Assembly (NCBI GenBank): GCA_028826165.1
Contig: JAPDFW010000065.1
Coordinates: forward strand, 1-64,000
DNA length: 64,000 nucleotides
Direction of reading: 5' to 3'
From: Anaeramoeba ignava BMAN
Taxonomy: Eukaryota; Protista; Anaeramoebae
Made by a program: the position numbers and the translations under genes. Every line of letters begins with the position of its first letter. Within the stretch, counting starts at the first letter, position 1. The notes beneath the pieces are model-generated. The model did not search any database, was not told where the DNA came from, and worked only from the letters and a program-made list of their open reading frames with translations. Below are positions 52,489-64,000 of this stretch, one piece after another.

Positions 52489-55400
52489 TTATAAAAATTG
52501 AGAAATAGATTCCATAAAACGATCTCTTAAAACTTCAAATTGTTGATAATCAGGAAGTTCTAGTTCAGGAATTGAAGGATGAGCAATAGGTAATTTTCTA
52601 TTAGAAGAATTAACACGAATAACAGAAACTTTTCTATCACTCAAGAAAGTTAAAGTTGGATTAGAAGTTCTTGTCAAAGAAGGAGAAGAAGTGGAAGAAT
52701 CAGTTGAAGATTTTGGGCAATCAGGCAAAAAAGTAACAAAACGCATAAACCTTCTGAGATCATTAGGTGAAAGTTGTTCGAGAAACTCATTCAAAAATTG
52801 AGGAGTTGGACAATCTTTCCATTCTTCAGAAAAACTTAAATTTGACCATACACTGTCAGAATCGATATTGTCTTGTTCGTGGATCAAAAGATACAATTCT
52901 GTCAAAGTGAAATGAGAAAGATCTTGTGAAATATCAATTGTGAAAAAACCTGTTTTGATCCATGAAAGTTCTTTTGAACGTGAGTCAAGAAGTAAATAAT
53001 TGATGATTTTGTTCACACATTCATGTTTGTTTGTTTCATCAATCACCGTTGTGTCTGTGCTGTTGATAAATGGTCCCAAAAGTAGGTTTTCATCCTCGGT
53101 AAGTGTCTCTGATAAGATATTGTGGAGAATTAGTGCCGCTTGTGGATCAAATGCTTCCAAGTCGCTGAAGTCTGGTTGCATTCCAAGAAGATATTTCAGG
53201 AAAAATGGTGATAATCGAACTGGTCCTGCTCGTCCGTCAATTACTGATTTCAGAAGGATTCTCCCAAATGCAATGTATTTTTCTTGTTTTGTTAATGTTT
53301 TGTGTGGGTTTGTTTCTGTTTTACTGAGTATTTGTGGTATTGTTTCAATTTGGTTTGATATTTGAATTTAGATTGAAATCCAAATTGGAGTTTGTTTTGG
53401 AAAATTGATTATCTGATGTGTTATCGATGAAATGGCCGAATCTAAATATATTTAAAATTACAGAATTCTTTAAGTTAATTATATATATTTATTTTAAAAT
53501 TTATTATATACTGATTATCTTTTATATCCTCATTTATATATTGATTATCCTTTATATTCTCATTTATATATTGATTTTCTTTTATATTCTCATTTATATA
53601 TTGATTATCTTTTATATTCTCATTTGTATTTTCATTATTCTTTATATTCTCATTTGTATTTTCATTATTCTTATAAAAATCTTGCTTATTTGCATTTTGT
53701 TTTGCAAACTGAAGCATCAATTGATTTGCTTGTTCTTTTGATTTAAATTCAACAGATTTTCTTCTTTCATAAAAATGATTGAGCGACATTTTCGCATCAC
53801 TTTTTGGCAAATAACTCCCACCAGAAGATACCATGAACAAACCAACCTCAGGATTCATCATATAACGGAAGAAATTACGGTACAATTCGGAAGATAAACT
53901 TGATGAATTAAGCGGATCATCTTCAAGAAAAGTAATTTTAACAGGACGAAGAAGTTCATCCTTTGTAAGATTTTGTGGAGAATATAGCTCCAAGAGATGG
54001 CGAGTAATGGAGCTTGTATTTCTTGATATGGTTATTTGTATCGGGTCGCGTTGTTTATATTGGTCTTTAAGAGAGTCGAATTTAGATCTCAATTGAATCA
54101 ATTTATTTTCACTTTCGGCAATAGCAGTTCGAGTTTGTGTGTCATAAACAACAGAGGTTGTAAAGTAGTTATGAAGAAGAGCCTTTCGCGCAGAGGGTCT
54201 GTTTCGTGGATCGGTATCGAGAAGTTTCTGCAGAAGATCCCAAAGTCTACGCTCACGTTCTGTTGAAAGAGAAGAATTTTTAGGAAGAACAGAAGGAGGT
54301 CTTGAATGGAAATGTGCTTCGTAAAGAAGAATACCGAAGGACCACATATCGGATTTAGTGGTAGCTTCTTTACCGTCAATAATCTCAGGAGCGATATATC
54401 CGCGGGTGGCATAGAGGGCGCCGTCTAGTTGTGGATCTAAAGAGTTCTGAGAAGGGTTGTTATCAGAAACTGCAAGAAAAGTTTCTTTTGAAATTCCAAA
54501 ATCGGAAATAACAGGACGACCATCTGCAGTAATAAGAACGTTTTCAGGTTTCAGATCCTCATGGATTACCCCATGTTCGTGCAGATAAACAAGTCCCTGG
54601 AGTATTTGGCGCATGAGAGAGAGGATTTTCCAAGGCCGAGGTTTGGGATCTCGAAGCCATTCTCTTAAAGAACCCTGTTCATAATAAGGCATCGAAATAT
54701 AAGCAAGTAATCTCGAGTGATCGTAAAACGTGCATTGTATTGGCACAATATGTGGATCGCGAAGTCGTGCAAGCAAACTCACTTCGCGTTCAAATCGTGA
54801 AACTGATTCCTCATCCGCAACTAAATATTCTTTAAGAACACAATATTGTCCTTGATACCGCATCAAAAACACACGATGGCGTGCATATCCGAGAATTTTC
54901 ACTCTTTCGTAGTCGCTAAACTTGCGGTTCACAACAACTCCCATATTAGGGACAATTGGCCCTAATTCCGATTGTGAATCAAGAACTAGTTCTGGGTGTG
55001 CGCTTGTCATTGCAAACATCCGCGCAGACACTTGTTCAAGCTCAAGTGTTTTCTGTGCGATTTTCTCCTGCAGTTCTGCCATCTGTCTTTTTACACTTGC
55101 AATCTCGTTTGTTTTTAAATCATCCAATGTCAGCAACTTCATTTTTGCTTCAAGATCAATCAGTTCTTCTTGTTTCTGTCTTTTCTGGATATTCAATGTT
55201 TTCTGTAGGTTTTTGAGTCGATCCACTTCGACTCGTTGTTGTTCAACCTGCTCAAGATCCCGATACATGTTGTGATACTGTCTTCGTAGTTCGTGTGTGT
55301 GTTGTTGTTCTTCAAGTGGTCGTTCTTTTTCAAGCATTTCAAGAAATCTTTTTCCTGCATAAATAAGTTGTGATGATAATACTCCTCCTCTTTCAATAAG

Positions 55401-58400
55401 TCGAGAGCTTTGAAGGAGTATTTCTTTTTCTTGTTTGAGTGCGTTTGATAATTCTTGTAAAAGTTGATCTGTTTGTGTCATTGTTTGGCCAAAAAGGTTT
55501 GATAATTGTTGTCTCCATCCCCAATAATTTTGCAACGACTTTCATTAATTTGAATATTTTTTAATTTTGATTTAAATGTTTTTTAATTTTAATTTAAATA
55601 TTTTGATTTAAATATTTTGAATATTTTTTGATTTAAATATTTTTTGATTTTGATTTGGATTTAAATATTTTTAATTTGAATATTTTTGATTTAAATATTT
55701 TTTAATTTTGATTTAAATATTTTTTAATTTTGATTTGGATTTAAATATTTTTAATTTGAATATTTTAAATATTTTAAATATTTTGATTTAAATATTTTTT
55801 AATTTAAATATTTTTAATTTAAATATTTTTAATTTAAATATTTTTAATTTTGATTTAAATATTTTTAATTTAAATATTTTTAATTTTGATTTGAATATTT
55901 TTAATTTAAATAATATTTTGATTTAAATAATATTTTGATTTGGATTTAAATATTTTTGATTTAAATATTTTTGATTTAAATAATTTTAATTTTTATTTAA
56001 ATATATTTTGATTTAAATATTTTTAATTTAAATATTTTTAATTTTTGATTTGAATATTTTTAATTTAAATAATATTTTGATTTAAATAATATTTTGATTT
56101 TGGATTTAAATATTTTTGATTTAAATATTTTTAATTTTGATTTAAATATTTTTAATTTAAATATTTTTAATTTTGATTTAAAATATATTTTAATTTAAAT
56201 ACTTTTTAATTTAAATAATATTTTGATTTGGATTTAAATATTTTTGATTTAAATATTTTTAATTTTGATTTAAATATATTTTGATTTAAATATTTTTTAA
56301 TTTAAATATTTTTTAATTTAAATATTTTTAATTTAAATACTTTTTGATTTAAATAATTTTTAATTTAAATATTTTTGATTTAAATATTTTTTAATTTTGA
56401 TTTGGATTTAATGTTTTTTAATTTTGATTTGGATTTAATATTTTTGATTTAAATATTTTTTAATTTTGATTTAGATATTTTTGATTTAAATAATTTTAAT
56501 TTTGATTTGAATATTTTTTAATTTTGATTTGAATATTTTTTGATTTAAATATTTTTGATTTAAATATTTTTGATTTAAATATTTTTTGATTTTGATTTGG
56601 ATTTAATGTTTTTTAATTTTGATTTGGATTTAATATTTTTTAATTTAAATATTTTTTGATTTAAATATTTTTGATTTAAATAATTTTAATTTTGATTTAA
56701 ATATACTTGATCAATATCTGGTCCATAATTATCCACTTTTTGAACTGATGTCGCTAATTGAAGAAGCTCTTTGATTTGAATTGCAGATTGATCAATCCAT
56801 TCTGCTCTTTTTGCTTGAAGTTGAGCAACTTGATCTAATCTATTTAAAAGTGGTCTTAATCTCTGTCTACAATCTTGTCGAAGTCCATCTCTCATTGGTA
56901 ATAAACTCATTAATCCTTCTTGATTTCCTGCAGCAACTTCAATTTTAATCTTAAAATATTTTTGGGTTTTTTTTTTAAAAAAGAATAAAGAAGAACAAAA
57001 TCAAATCGATAAATTTTTCTAAAATATAAATTTTTGTTTGTTTGCTTTTTTTTTGTACTTTTTCTTGAATATCTCTGATTCTATCAAATAATCTTCTTGG
57101 AGCTGCAACTGCTTGTCCAACATGAAGTTTTTTCATTTCAGTTTTATATGCAGAAATCAATTCAAGTTCTTGTTGAACTTTTTCTGCTAATTGATCTATT
57201 TCTGTCATGAAATGCAATCGACTTCTTAAATTCCAAACTTCATTTACAAGTCGATAAAGAATAACAAATTCATTTTCTTCAGAAACATTAAGTGCTTTTT
57301 CAACATTAATAAGAAAAGGTGATCCTGAAATATTTTCTCCATTCAATGTTGCAGATAAAGTATAATTTCCTGGTTCCGGAATAACATATACAACAGAATA
57401 TTGCCCTGGTATATCACTTGGTGTAATTTCTGCAACAACTTTAGTTGGTCCATCAATAACAACATTTAAATCCACAAGATTATTTTCAATCTAAATAAGA
57501 AAAAACACAATTTTTTTGGATTTGAATTTGAATTGAAATAAAATTAATTTTAAATTTAATTAAATTTGAATTTGGCTATAAATTCATTTCCAAATAATTT
57601 TGAATTTGAATTTGAATTTGAATCCATTTTCCAATTAATTTTAAATATAAATTTGATTTTGATTTTGATTTTGAATTTGAATATAAATTCATTTTCCAAT
57701 TAATTTTGAATTTGAATTTGATTTTGAATTTGATTTTGAATTTGAATTTTGAATTTGAATATAAATCCATTTTCCAAATAAATGTAAATTAAATTGGATT
57801 TTAAATTTAAATAAATTTAATTTGAAATAATTCTTGGAAATTTGATTTCACATACATTTTTTGAACGATGATTTGTAATTTCAATTCCATTTTTAGAATC
57901 AGAAACAGTATTTCCATAACGATCTTTAACTTCAATAATAAAATCTGAAGTTTGATTTGCAATTGCAGATTCAATTCCTCTTCCAAAAGCATGACATGAT
58001 AATGGATCTGGAGCTGCTGGAAAAACAGTTGTTAAGAAAGGAGATCCTGCAATATGCATTCCTTTAATCATAACTGATAAATGATATTTTCCTGATTTTG
58101 TTGATAAATATGAAACTGAATAAGTTCCATTATTGTTATCAGTTACATTTGCTTGTATTTGAGTTTCTCCCATTGTTAATGTAACTGTATAAATATCTCC
58201 TCCTAATTATTTTTAAATATTATTTTTGAATATTATTTTTAAATATTATTTTTAAATATTATTTTTAAATATTATTTTCAAATATTATTTTTAAATATTA
58301 TTTTTAAATATTATTTTTGAATATTATTTTTGAATATTATTTTTAAATATTATTTTTGGATATTATTTTTAAATATTATTTTTGGATATTATTTTTGAAT

Positions 58401-60482
58401 ATTATTTTTAAATATTATTTTTAAATATTATTTTTAAATATTATTTTTAAATATTATTTTTGAATATTATTTTTGAATATTATTTTTAAATATTATTTTT
58501 GAATATTATTTTTAAATATTATTTTTAAATATTATTTTTAGATATTATTTTTAAATATTATTTTTATTATTTTTGAATATTATTTTTAAATATTATTTTT
58601 AAATATTATTTTTAAATATTATTTTTAAATATTATTTTTAAATATTATTTTTAAATATTATTTTTGAATATTGTTTTTGTATATTAAAAAAAAACCTATA
58701 ACACATGTTGATCCAGATTTATCAACAGATGTTATCATAAATAAAGCTTGCTTTCCAACAACAGCTTCCCATAAACCATTTCCAAAAACTCTACACAAAC
58801 TAGGTTCAGATTCTTTAGGAACTAAACTTCGTAAATATTCTAAAATTGCAGGAGTTCCTTTTGGAATAATATCTTGAGGAATAGTTTCTAAAGATGGATT
58901 ATCTCTAATATTTAAAAGACTTAAATTTGGAAGATTTCCTAATTCTGTAGGTATTTCTCTTAATTCATTTCCACTAAAATTAAGAGTCTAAATTTTTATT
59001 TGATTTAATTTTGATTTAATTTGATTTGATTTTAATTTAATTTTAATTTGATTTAATTTTGAATTTTGTTTTTTTGGATTTTTTTACAATCAATGAAACT
59101 AATTTTCCTATTTCTTTTGGAAGTGTAACAAATTGATTTCGAGAAGCATAAAGTGCTTTTAAATTTATTAAATTTTGTATTGCTGAAGGAAAAGAATCAA
59201 GTTGATTATCAGATAAATCAAATTCAATTAAAGAAACAAAATTTCCAATTTCTTCAGGTAATTTTTGAATTCTATTTCCACTTAAACCAAGTTCCTTTGA
59301 ATTAAATATTAAATTAAATTGAATTGAATTAAATATTGAATATTGAATTGAATATTGAATATTAAATTGAATATTAAATATTGAATTGAATTGAATTGAA
59401 TTGAATTGAATTGAAATGAATTGAATTAAATTGAATTGAATTAAACCAATTGAATATTCCTTTTGAATTGAATATTAAATTAAATCGAATTGAATTGAAT
59501 TGAATATTGAATTAAATTAAATTAAATATTGAATTGAATTTTGAATTGAAATAATATTTTGAATTGAATTGAATTGAATTGAATTGAATTGAATATTGAA
59601 TTAAATTGAATATTAAATTGAATATTGAATTGAATTAAATATTAAATTGAATTAAACATTGAATTGAATTGAATTGAATTGAATTAAATTAAATTGAATT
59701 GAATTAAATTAAAATGAATTGAATTGAATTGAATTGAATTGAATTGAATTGAATTATACAATCAAATTAGTAAGTTCTCCAATTTCAGGAGGTATTATTG
59801 TTATCAAATTTTGACTCAAAAACAATTTCTTCAATTTAGTAAGCTTTCGGATTTCAGGTTGAATTTTTTCAATTTTATTGCCATTCAAATATAATTTAAC
59901 AAGTGAATTCATATTAAAAATTTCAGGAGGAATAACTTCAAATTTATTTGCTTGCAAATAAAGTTTTCTAAGCCTAGAAAGAGCTACGATTTGCGGAGGT
60001 AAAGAAACCAACTGATTTTCACCAACAGATAAATTAGTTAGATTAACAAGAGATCCAATTTCTTTTGGCAATAACTTGAGTCTATTTCTATACAAATAAA
60101 GAGAGTCCAAATTTGTCAGTTTTCCAATACTAGGATTCAAGGACTCTAATTGGTTATCGTGTAAATAAAGACCGCTTATCGAAATGAGTTTTCCAATTTC
60201 TGAAGGAAGATCCTTAAACAAGTTATGTCCACAATATAGCTCTTCTAAGTTCGTTAAAAAACCGATTTCACTCGGTAAAAATGTTAATTGATTGTTTGTT
60301 ATATTTAAGATTTGCAACATCGTTAAGTTCTTGATTTGTGTTGGTATTGTTGTTAATTGTAAATCACAAAGAAGAAGTTCAGGCCAATCTTGTCGTGCTG
60401 CTTCTTCTATTTGTGAAAAAACACTTTCTGTTGGATCATCCATATCGTCGGACTCTATTTGAGAATCTGGATTATCAACCAT
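52489..60482 (-). CDS. Giant LRR - filamin repeats - coiled coil - Ser/Thr kinase - HECT-like protein (multi-exon; junction at ~53290-53510 unresolved)
   Basis: LRRs (LxxLxLxxNxL); filamin repeats (DNNNGTYSVSY...HIAGSPF; NISGSPF); kinase (VLKEY, HEDLKPENVL, DFG, YIAPE, DMWSFG); HECT-like (LLRPVKITF...LSSELY; LRRFMRFVT; LPIAHPSIPELELPDY). Confidence 0.85.
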
Positions 60483-60661
60483 TTTATTTTTAAATTGAAA
60501 TTGTAAATTGAAAAGAAAAAAATGATTTTGAAATTTTTGGAAAATGTTTTATTAATTTTAATTTTAAATTTAATTTTAATTTTAATTTTGATTTTAATTT
60601 TAATTTTAATTTTTAATTTTAATTTTAATTTTTAATTTTAATTTTAATTTTAATTTTTATT

Positions 60662-60983
60662 TTAATTATTAAATTTGTTAATTAATAAATCAAATAAATT
60701 TGGATTTATTTGATTTAATTGAAAATAATCAATTCCAATTTTAATTTCATTAATCATTTCTTGTGTAATTTGAATTTCATCTTTAATTTGATTTGAATAA
60801 ATCCAATATTCAAATATTTGAAATGATTTATTACTTAATTCACTATAATCTGTAACTTTATTGGATTTATCTTCTGTAACAGATAAAAACATTCCTCGAT
60901 ATAATTCACTTCTCATTATTAATATTAATTTAGGAAATTTATATTGTTTTTCTTTTCTTTCAATTATAAAATCTTTTTCATTA
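60662..60983 (-). pseudogene. Orphan C-terminal BTB-domain fragment
   Basis: NEKDFIIERKEKQYKFPKLILIMRSELYRGMF...YSN...DYFQL is paralogous to the BTB of the gene at 19998. It is preceded in frame by TAA and directly by a tandem repeat, with no acceptor or start site evident. Confidence 0.55.
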
Positions 60984-61910
60984 ATTTATTTCAAAAATAG
61001 AATAAAGAATATTAAATAATTAAATTTAGAATTAATTATATTTTATATATTTTATTAATATTTCTTTATTTAAAATAATATAAAATTATTCTCAATAATT
61101 TAATAAAATAAATAAAATATTTTTCATTAATTTATTTCAAAAATGGAATAAAGAATATTAAATAATTAAATTTAAAATTAATTATATTTTATATATTTTA
61201 TTAATATTTCTTTATTTAAAATAATATAAAATTATTCCCAATAATTTAATAAAATAAATAAAATATTTTTCATTAATTTATTTCAAAAATGGAATAAAGA
61301 ATATTAAATAATTTAATTTAAAATTAATTATATTTTTATATATTTATCAATTTTTCTTTATTTAAAATAATATAAAAATTATTCCCAATAATTTAATAAA
61401 ATTGAGAAGAAAATTGAAATATTTTAATAAAGATATATATTTAATTTTAATAATATTTGATAATAATTTAATTTAAATTTATTTTATTTTTAATTTAATA
61501 TAATATTTTTATTTATTATATTAATATTTTTAATTATTTATTATTCAATTTTAATTATAATAAAATATATTAAAAAGTGGAATAAATATTTTAATAAAGA
61601 TAAATATTTAATTTTAATAATATTTAATAATAATTTAATTTAAATTTATTTTATTTTAATTTAATTTAATATTTTCATTTATTATATTAATATTTTTAAT
61701 TATTTATTATTTCAATTTTAATTATAATAAAATATATTAAAAAGTGGAATAAATATTTTAATAAAGATAAATATTTAATTTTTAATAATATTTAATATTA
61801 ATTTAATTTGAATTTATTTTATTTTAATTTGATTTAATAATTTTATTTATTATATTAATATTTTTGATTATTTATTATTTCAATTTTAATTATAATAAAA
61901 TATATTAAAA
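60974..61910. repeat. Two adjacent tandem arrays: ~147 bp x3 and ~167 bp x3
   Basis: tttttcattaatttatttcaaaaat at ~60974, 61120 and 61266; aaatattttaataaagata at ~61417, 61583 and 61751. Confidence 0.8.
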
Positions 61911-62379
61911 ATAAAATTAAAAATTAAAAATTTTAAATAAATTGAATTTAACATGATTGAATAAGATAAACTTTCTAAAAAAATAATTTACTAATTATTC
62001 TATTTTTGATTTTGATTATAATTTATTAATATTTAAATATTAATTAATAATAAATTTTATTTGATTTTTATTTTAATATTTTAATTAATGAATTTAAATT
62101 TAATTATTATTAATTTCTATTTTCAATTTTTATTTTTATTTATTATATTAAAAATATTCAATTTTTTAAAATTTATTATTTTTTTTTTTGGATTATTTTT
62201 TATTAATTAAATTTTTAATAAATATTTTAAATTAAAATTAAATTATTTAAAATTAAATTTGTTTCTTATTTATTATTTTAAAGAAATTAATTTGATTAAA
62301 AGTAAATTAAAATTGAATTAAATTTTGAAAAAAAAAATTAAAAAAAAAAAGTTTGATTTTCTTATTATTAATTAATTTT

Positions 62380-64000
62380 TTAAATGAAATAAGATTCAAC
62401 TTCATCAACAACCCATGAAGAATAAGAACCAGCTAAATAACTATAAGCTTCATTTGTTCCTTCTTTAATTCCATTAGGTAGATTATAACTATAACCAAAC
62501 TGTGAATAACCAGGTTGTAAATTAGAAGATAAACAAAAATCATATCCATCACCAAATAATGGACCAACATCTGATCTAGAAAAAATTGCACGACCTTGTT
62601 TATATGTAAACTTTTCAGGTATTCTATCCCCTTTATCATTTCTTAATGAAAAAATAAATGCACTTGAGTCATTAATTTCTCCTGAATAATTTGATTTAAA
62701 TCCAACTTGAGTAAAACCTCCAAAAATAAAATTTTGTTTTGTTTTGATAATAACTAATGTTTTTCCTTTCCCATCAACTGCTTTATGCCAATTTTGAGAA
62801 TTAAATCCATCTCTTTTTGCTGAAAATCCTTTTTTCATTTTAGAAAAAAAATCATTATCATTTATCCATTCTTGTAATTTCTTAACATATTCTTCTTCTG
62901 TAATAATTCTTGTTTCTGAAAATTGAGGAAAATTCTTTTTGATTGGTTCCAATTTCTTTTCAAATTCCAAATATTTTTGATACTTTTCTTGATATCTATC
63001 AAAAACTTGTTTCATATCTTTATTTTCTTTATCTTTCTCTTCAACTTCTTTCTTCCATTTCTCTTCAATTTCTTTGTTTTTATCTTCAATTTCTTTGTTT
63101 TTATCTTCAATTTCTTTCTTCCATTTCTCTTCAATTTCAATTTTCATTTGTTGATTTTCTTTTTGATTCTTTTCAACTTCTTTCTTCCATTTATCTTCAA
63201 TTTCTTTGTTTTTATCTTCAATTTCTTTGTTTTTATCTTCAATTTCTTTGTTTTTATTTTCAATTTCTTTCTCTTTGTTTTCAACTTCTTTCTTCCATTT
63301 CTCTTTGTTTTCAATTTCCTTCTCTTTATCTTCAATTTCTTTTTGATTATCTTGAATAACTTTGTTTTGAATATCAACTAAAAAAGATTTAGGAAAAATA
63401 TCAAATTGTTTTAATTTATCAAAATCTTGTTTTGAAATTGAATCTTTATCAAATAATGAAAAAAAAGAATGAAATAATCTTTTCTTTTCAATTCCCTTTT
63501 CTTTTTCTTTTTCTTTTTCTTTCTTTCCTTTTAATCTTTGATTTCTTTTTTCAATCCAATTATTTAAAAATTGAAAAAAATCAAATTGAAAAATTTCTTT
63601 TTTTTCTTGTTTAAATTGAATAAATTTGATAATTTCTTCTTTAGTTAAATTGAATAAATTCTCATTATTTTTAATTTGGGAAAAATTTTGATTTATTAAT
63701 TCAAAACATTTTATTTCAATTTCATTTGAATTTGAATTTAAATTTCGATTTTGGAATAAAAATTGGAAAAAATTTGAATAATTAATTGAATTTAAAATTT
63801 TTTTTTGAATAATTTCTTTCAATAAATTTAATTTAAAATAAATTGAAATTTCCAATAATTGGAGAAGATTTTCTTGATTCTCAAAAGAAATATTTCCATA
63901 ATAAATATAACTCAAAATTGATTCCATTTCTTTTTTATTAAATTGATTTAAAGAAATAGAAAGAGATTCTTGCCTTAATGACTCATTAAAAAAAGGAGAT
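62380..64000 (-). CDS. BTB + coiled-coil (EIEDKNK repeats) + TLDc protein, 5'-truncated by the window
   Basis: SILSYIYYG (end of BTB); 21-nt repeats; RDGFNSQNWHKAVDGKGKTLVIIKT...IFGGFT...GPLFG (TLDc). Confidence 0.85.
   Translation of the reverse strand, partial: SPFFNESLRQESLSISLNQFNKKEMESILSYIYYGNISFENQENLLQLLEISIYFKLNLLKEIIQKKILNSINYSNFFQFLFQNRNLNSNSNEIEIKCFELINQNFSQIKNNENLFNLTKEEIIKFIQFKQEKKEIFQFDFFQFLNNWIEKRNQRLKGKKEKEKEKEKGIEKKRLFHSFFSLFDKDSISKQDFDKLKQFDIFPKSFLVDIQNKVIQDNQKEIEDKEKEIENKEKWKKEVENKEKEIENKNKEIEDKNKEIEDKNKEIEDKWKKEVEKNQKENQQMKIEIEEKWKKEIEDKNKEIEDKNKEIEEKWKKEVEEKDKENKDMKQVFDRYQEKYQKYLEFEKKLEPIKKNFPQFSETRIITEEEYVKKLQEWINDNDFFSKMKKGFSAKRDGFNSQNWHKAVDGKGKTLVIIKTKQNFIFGGFTQVGFKSNYSGEINDSSAFIFSLRNDKGDRIPEKFTYKQGRAIFSRSDVGPLFGDGYDFCLSSNLQPGYSQFGYSYNLPNGIKEGTNEAYSYLAGSYSSWVVDEVESYFI

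Noticed and set aside
1-64000. Transposase, reverse transcriptase, intein/Hint or rRNA sequences
   Set aside because: No such motifs, terminal inverted repeats or target-site duplications were recognisable by eye.

Overview
Very AT-rich, gene-dense eukaryotic (protist) DNA using the standard genetic code and short GT-AG introns. Many introns and some exons are expanded by simple repeats (NQ/NE runs). BTB/TLDc/ankyrin paralogues, a bacterial-type glucokinase, a divergent Tim17-family gene and TCATTTT initiator-like motifs suggest an anaerobic metamonad such as Anaeramoeba; this is inference and was not confirmed by a search. About 20 protein genes can be reconstructed by hand: RNF213-like, Rab5-family, EGF membrane protein, Spo12-like, DENND10, two BTB-TLDc, PH-like, ankyrin-BTB, syntaxin, Tim17-family, CK2 alpha, a multipass membrane protein, MAK16, glucokinase, LSm1, ACAP, DENN-PH, GBP-like and LRR-filamin-kinase-HECT. 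There are also two identical tRNA-Leu(CAA) genes. The main discovery is the ankyrin-BTB gene (19998-23704, minus strand). It appears to have 24 exons, all joined in phase 0. Each ankyrin repeat body is a ~96-nt exon, and the variable beta-hairpin-tip residues are supplied by 13 separate microexons, eleven of them a single codon (AG|NNN|GT). Other points of interest are Cys-to-Ser changes at the catalytic position of both E3-like genes, a P-loop-less GBP-like protein with NPF/LFa motifs, a tRNA-minisatellite tandem unit and a candidate structured ncRNA at ~15840-16005.
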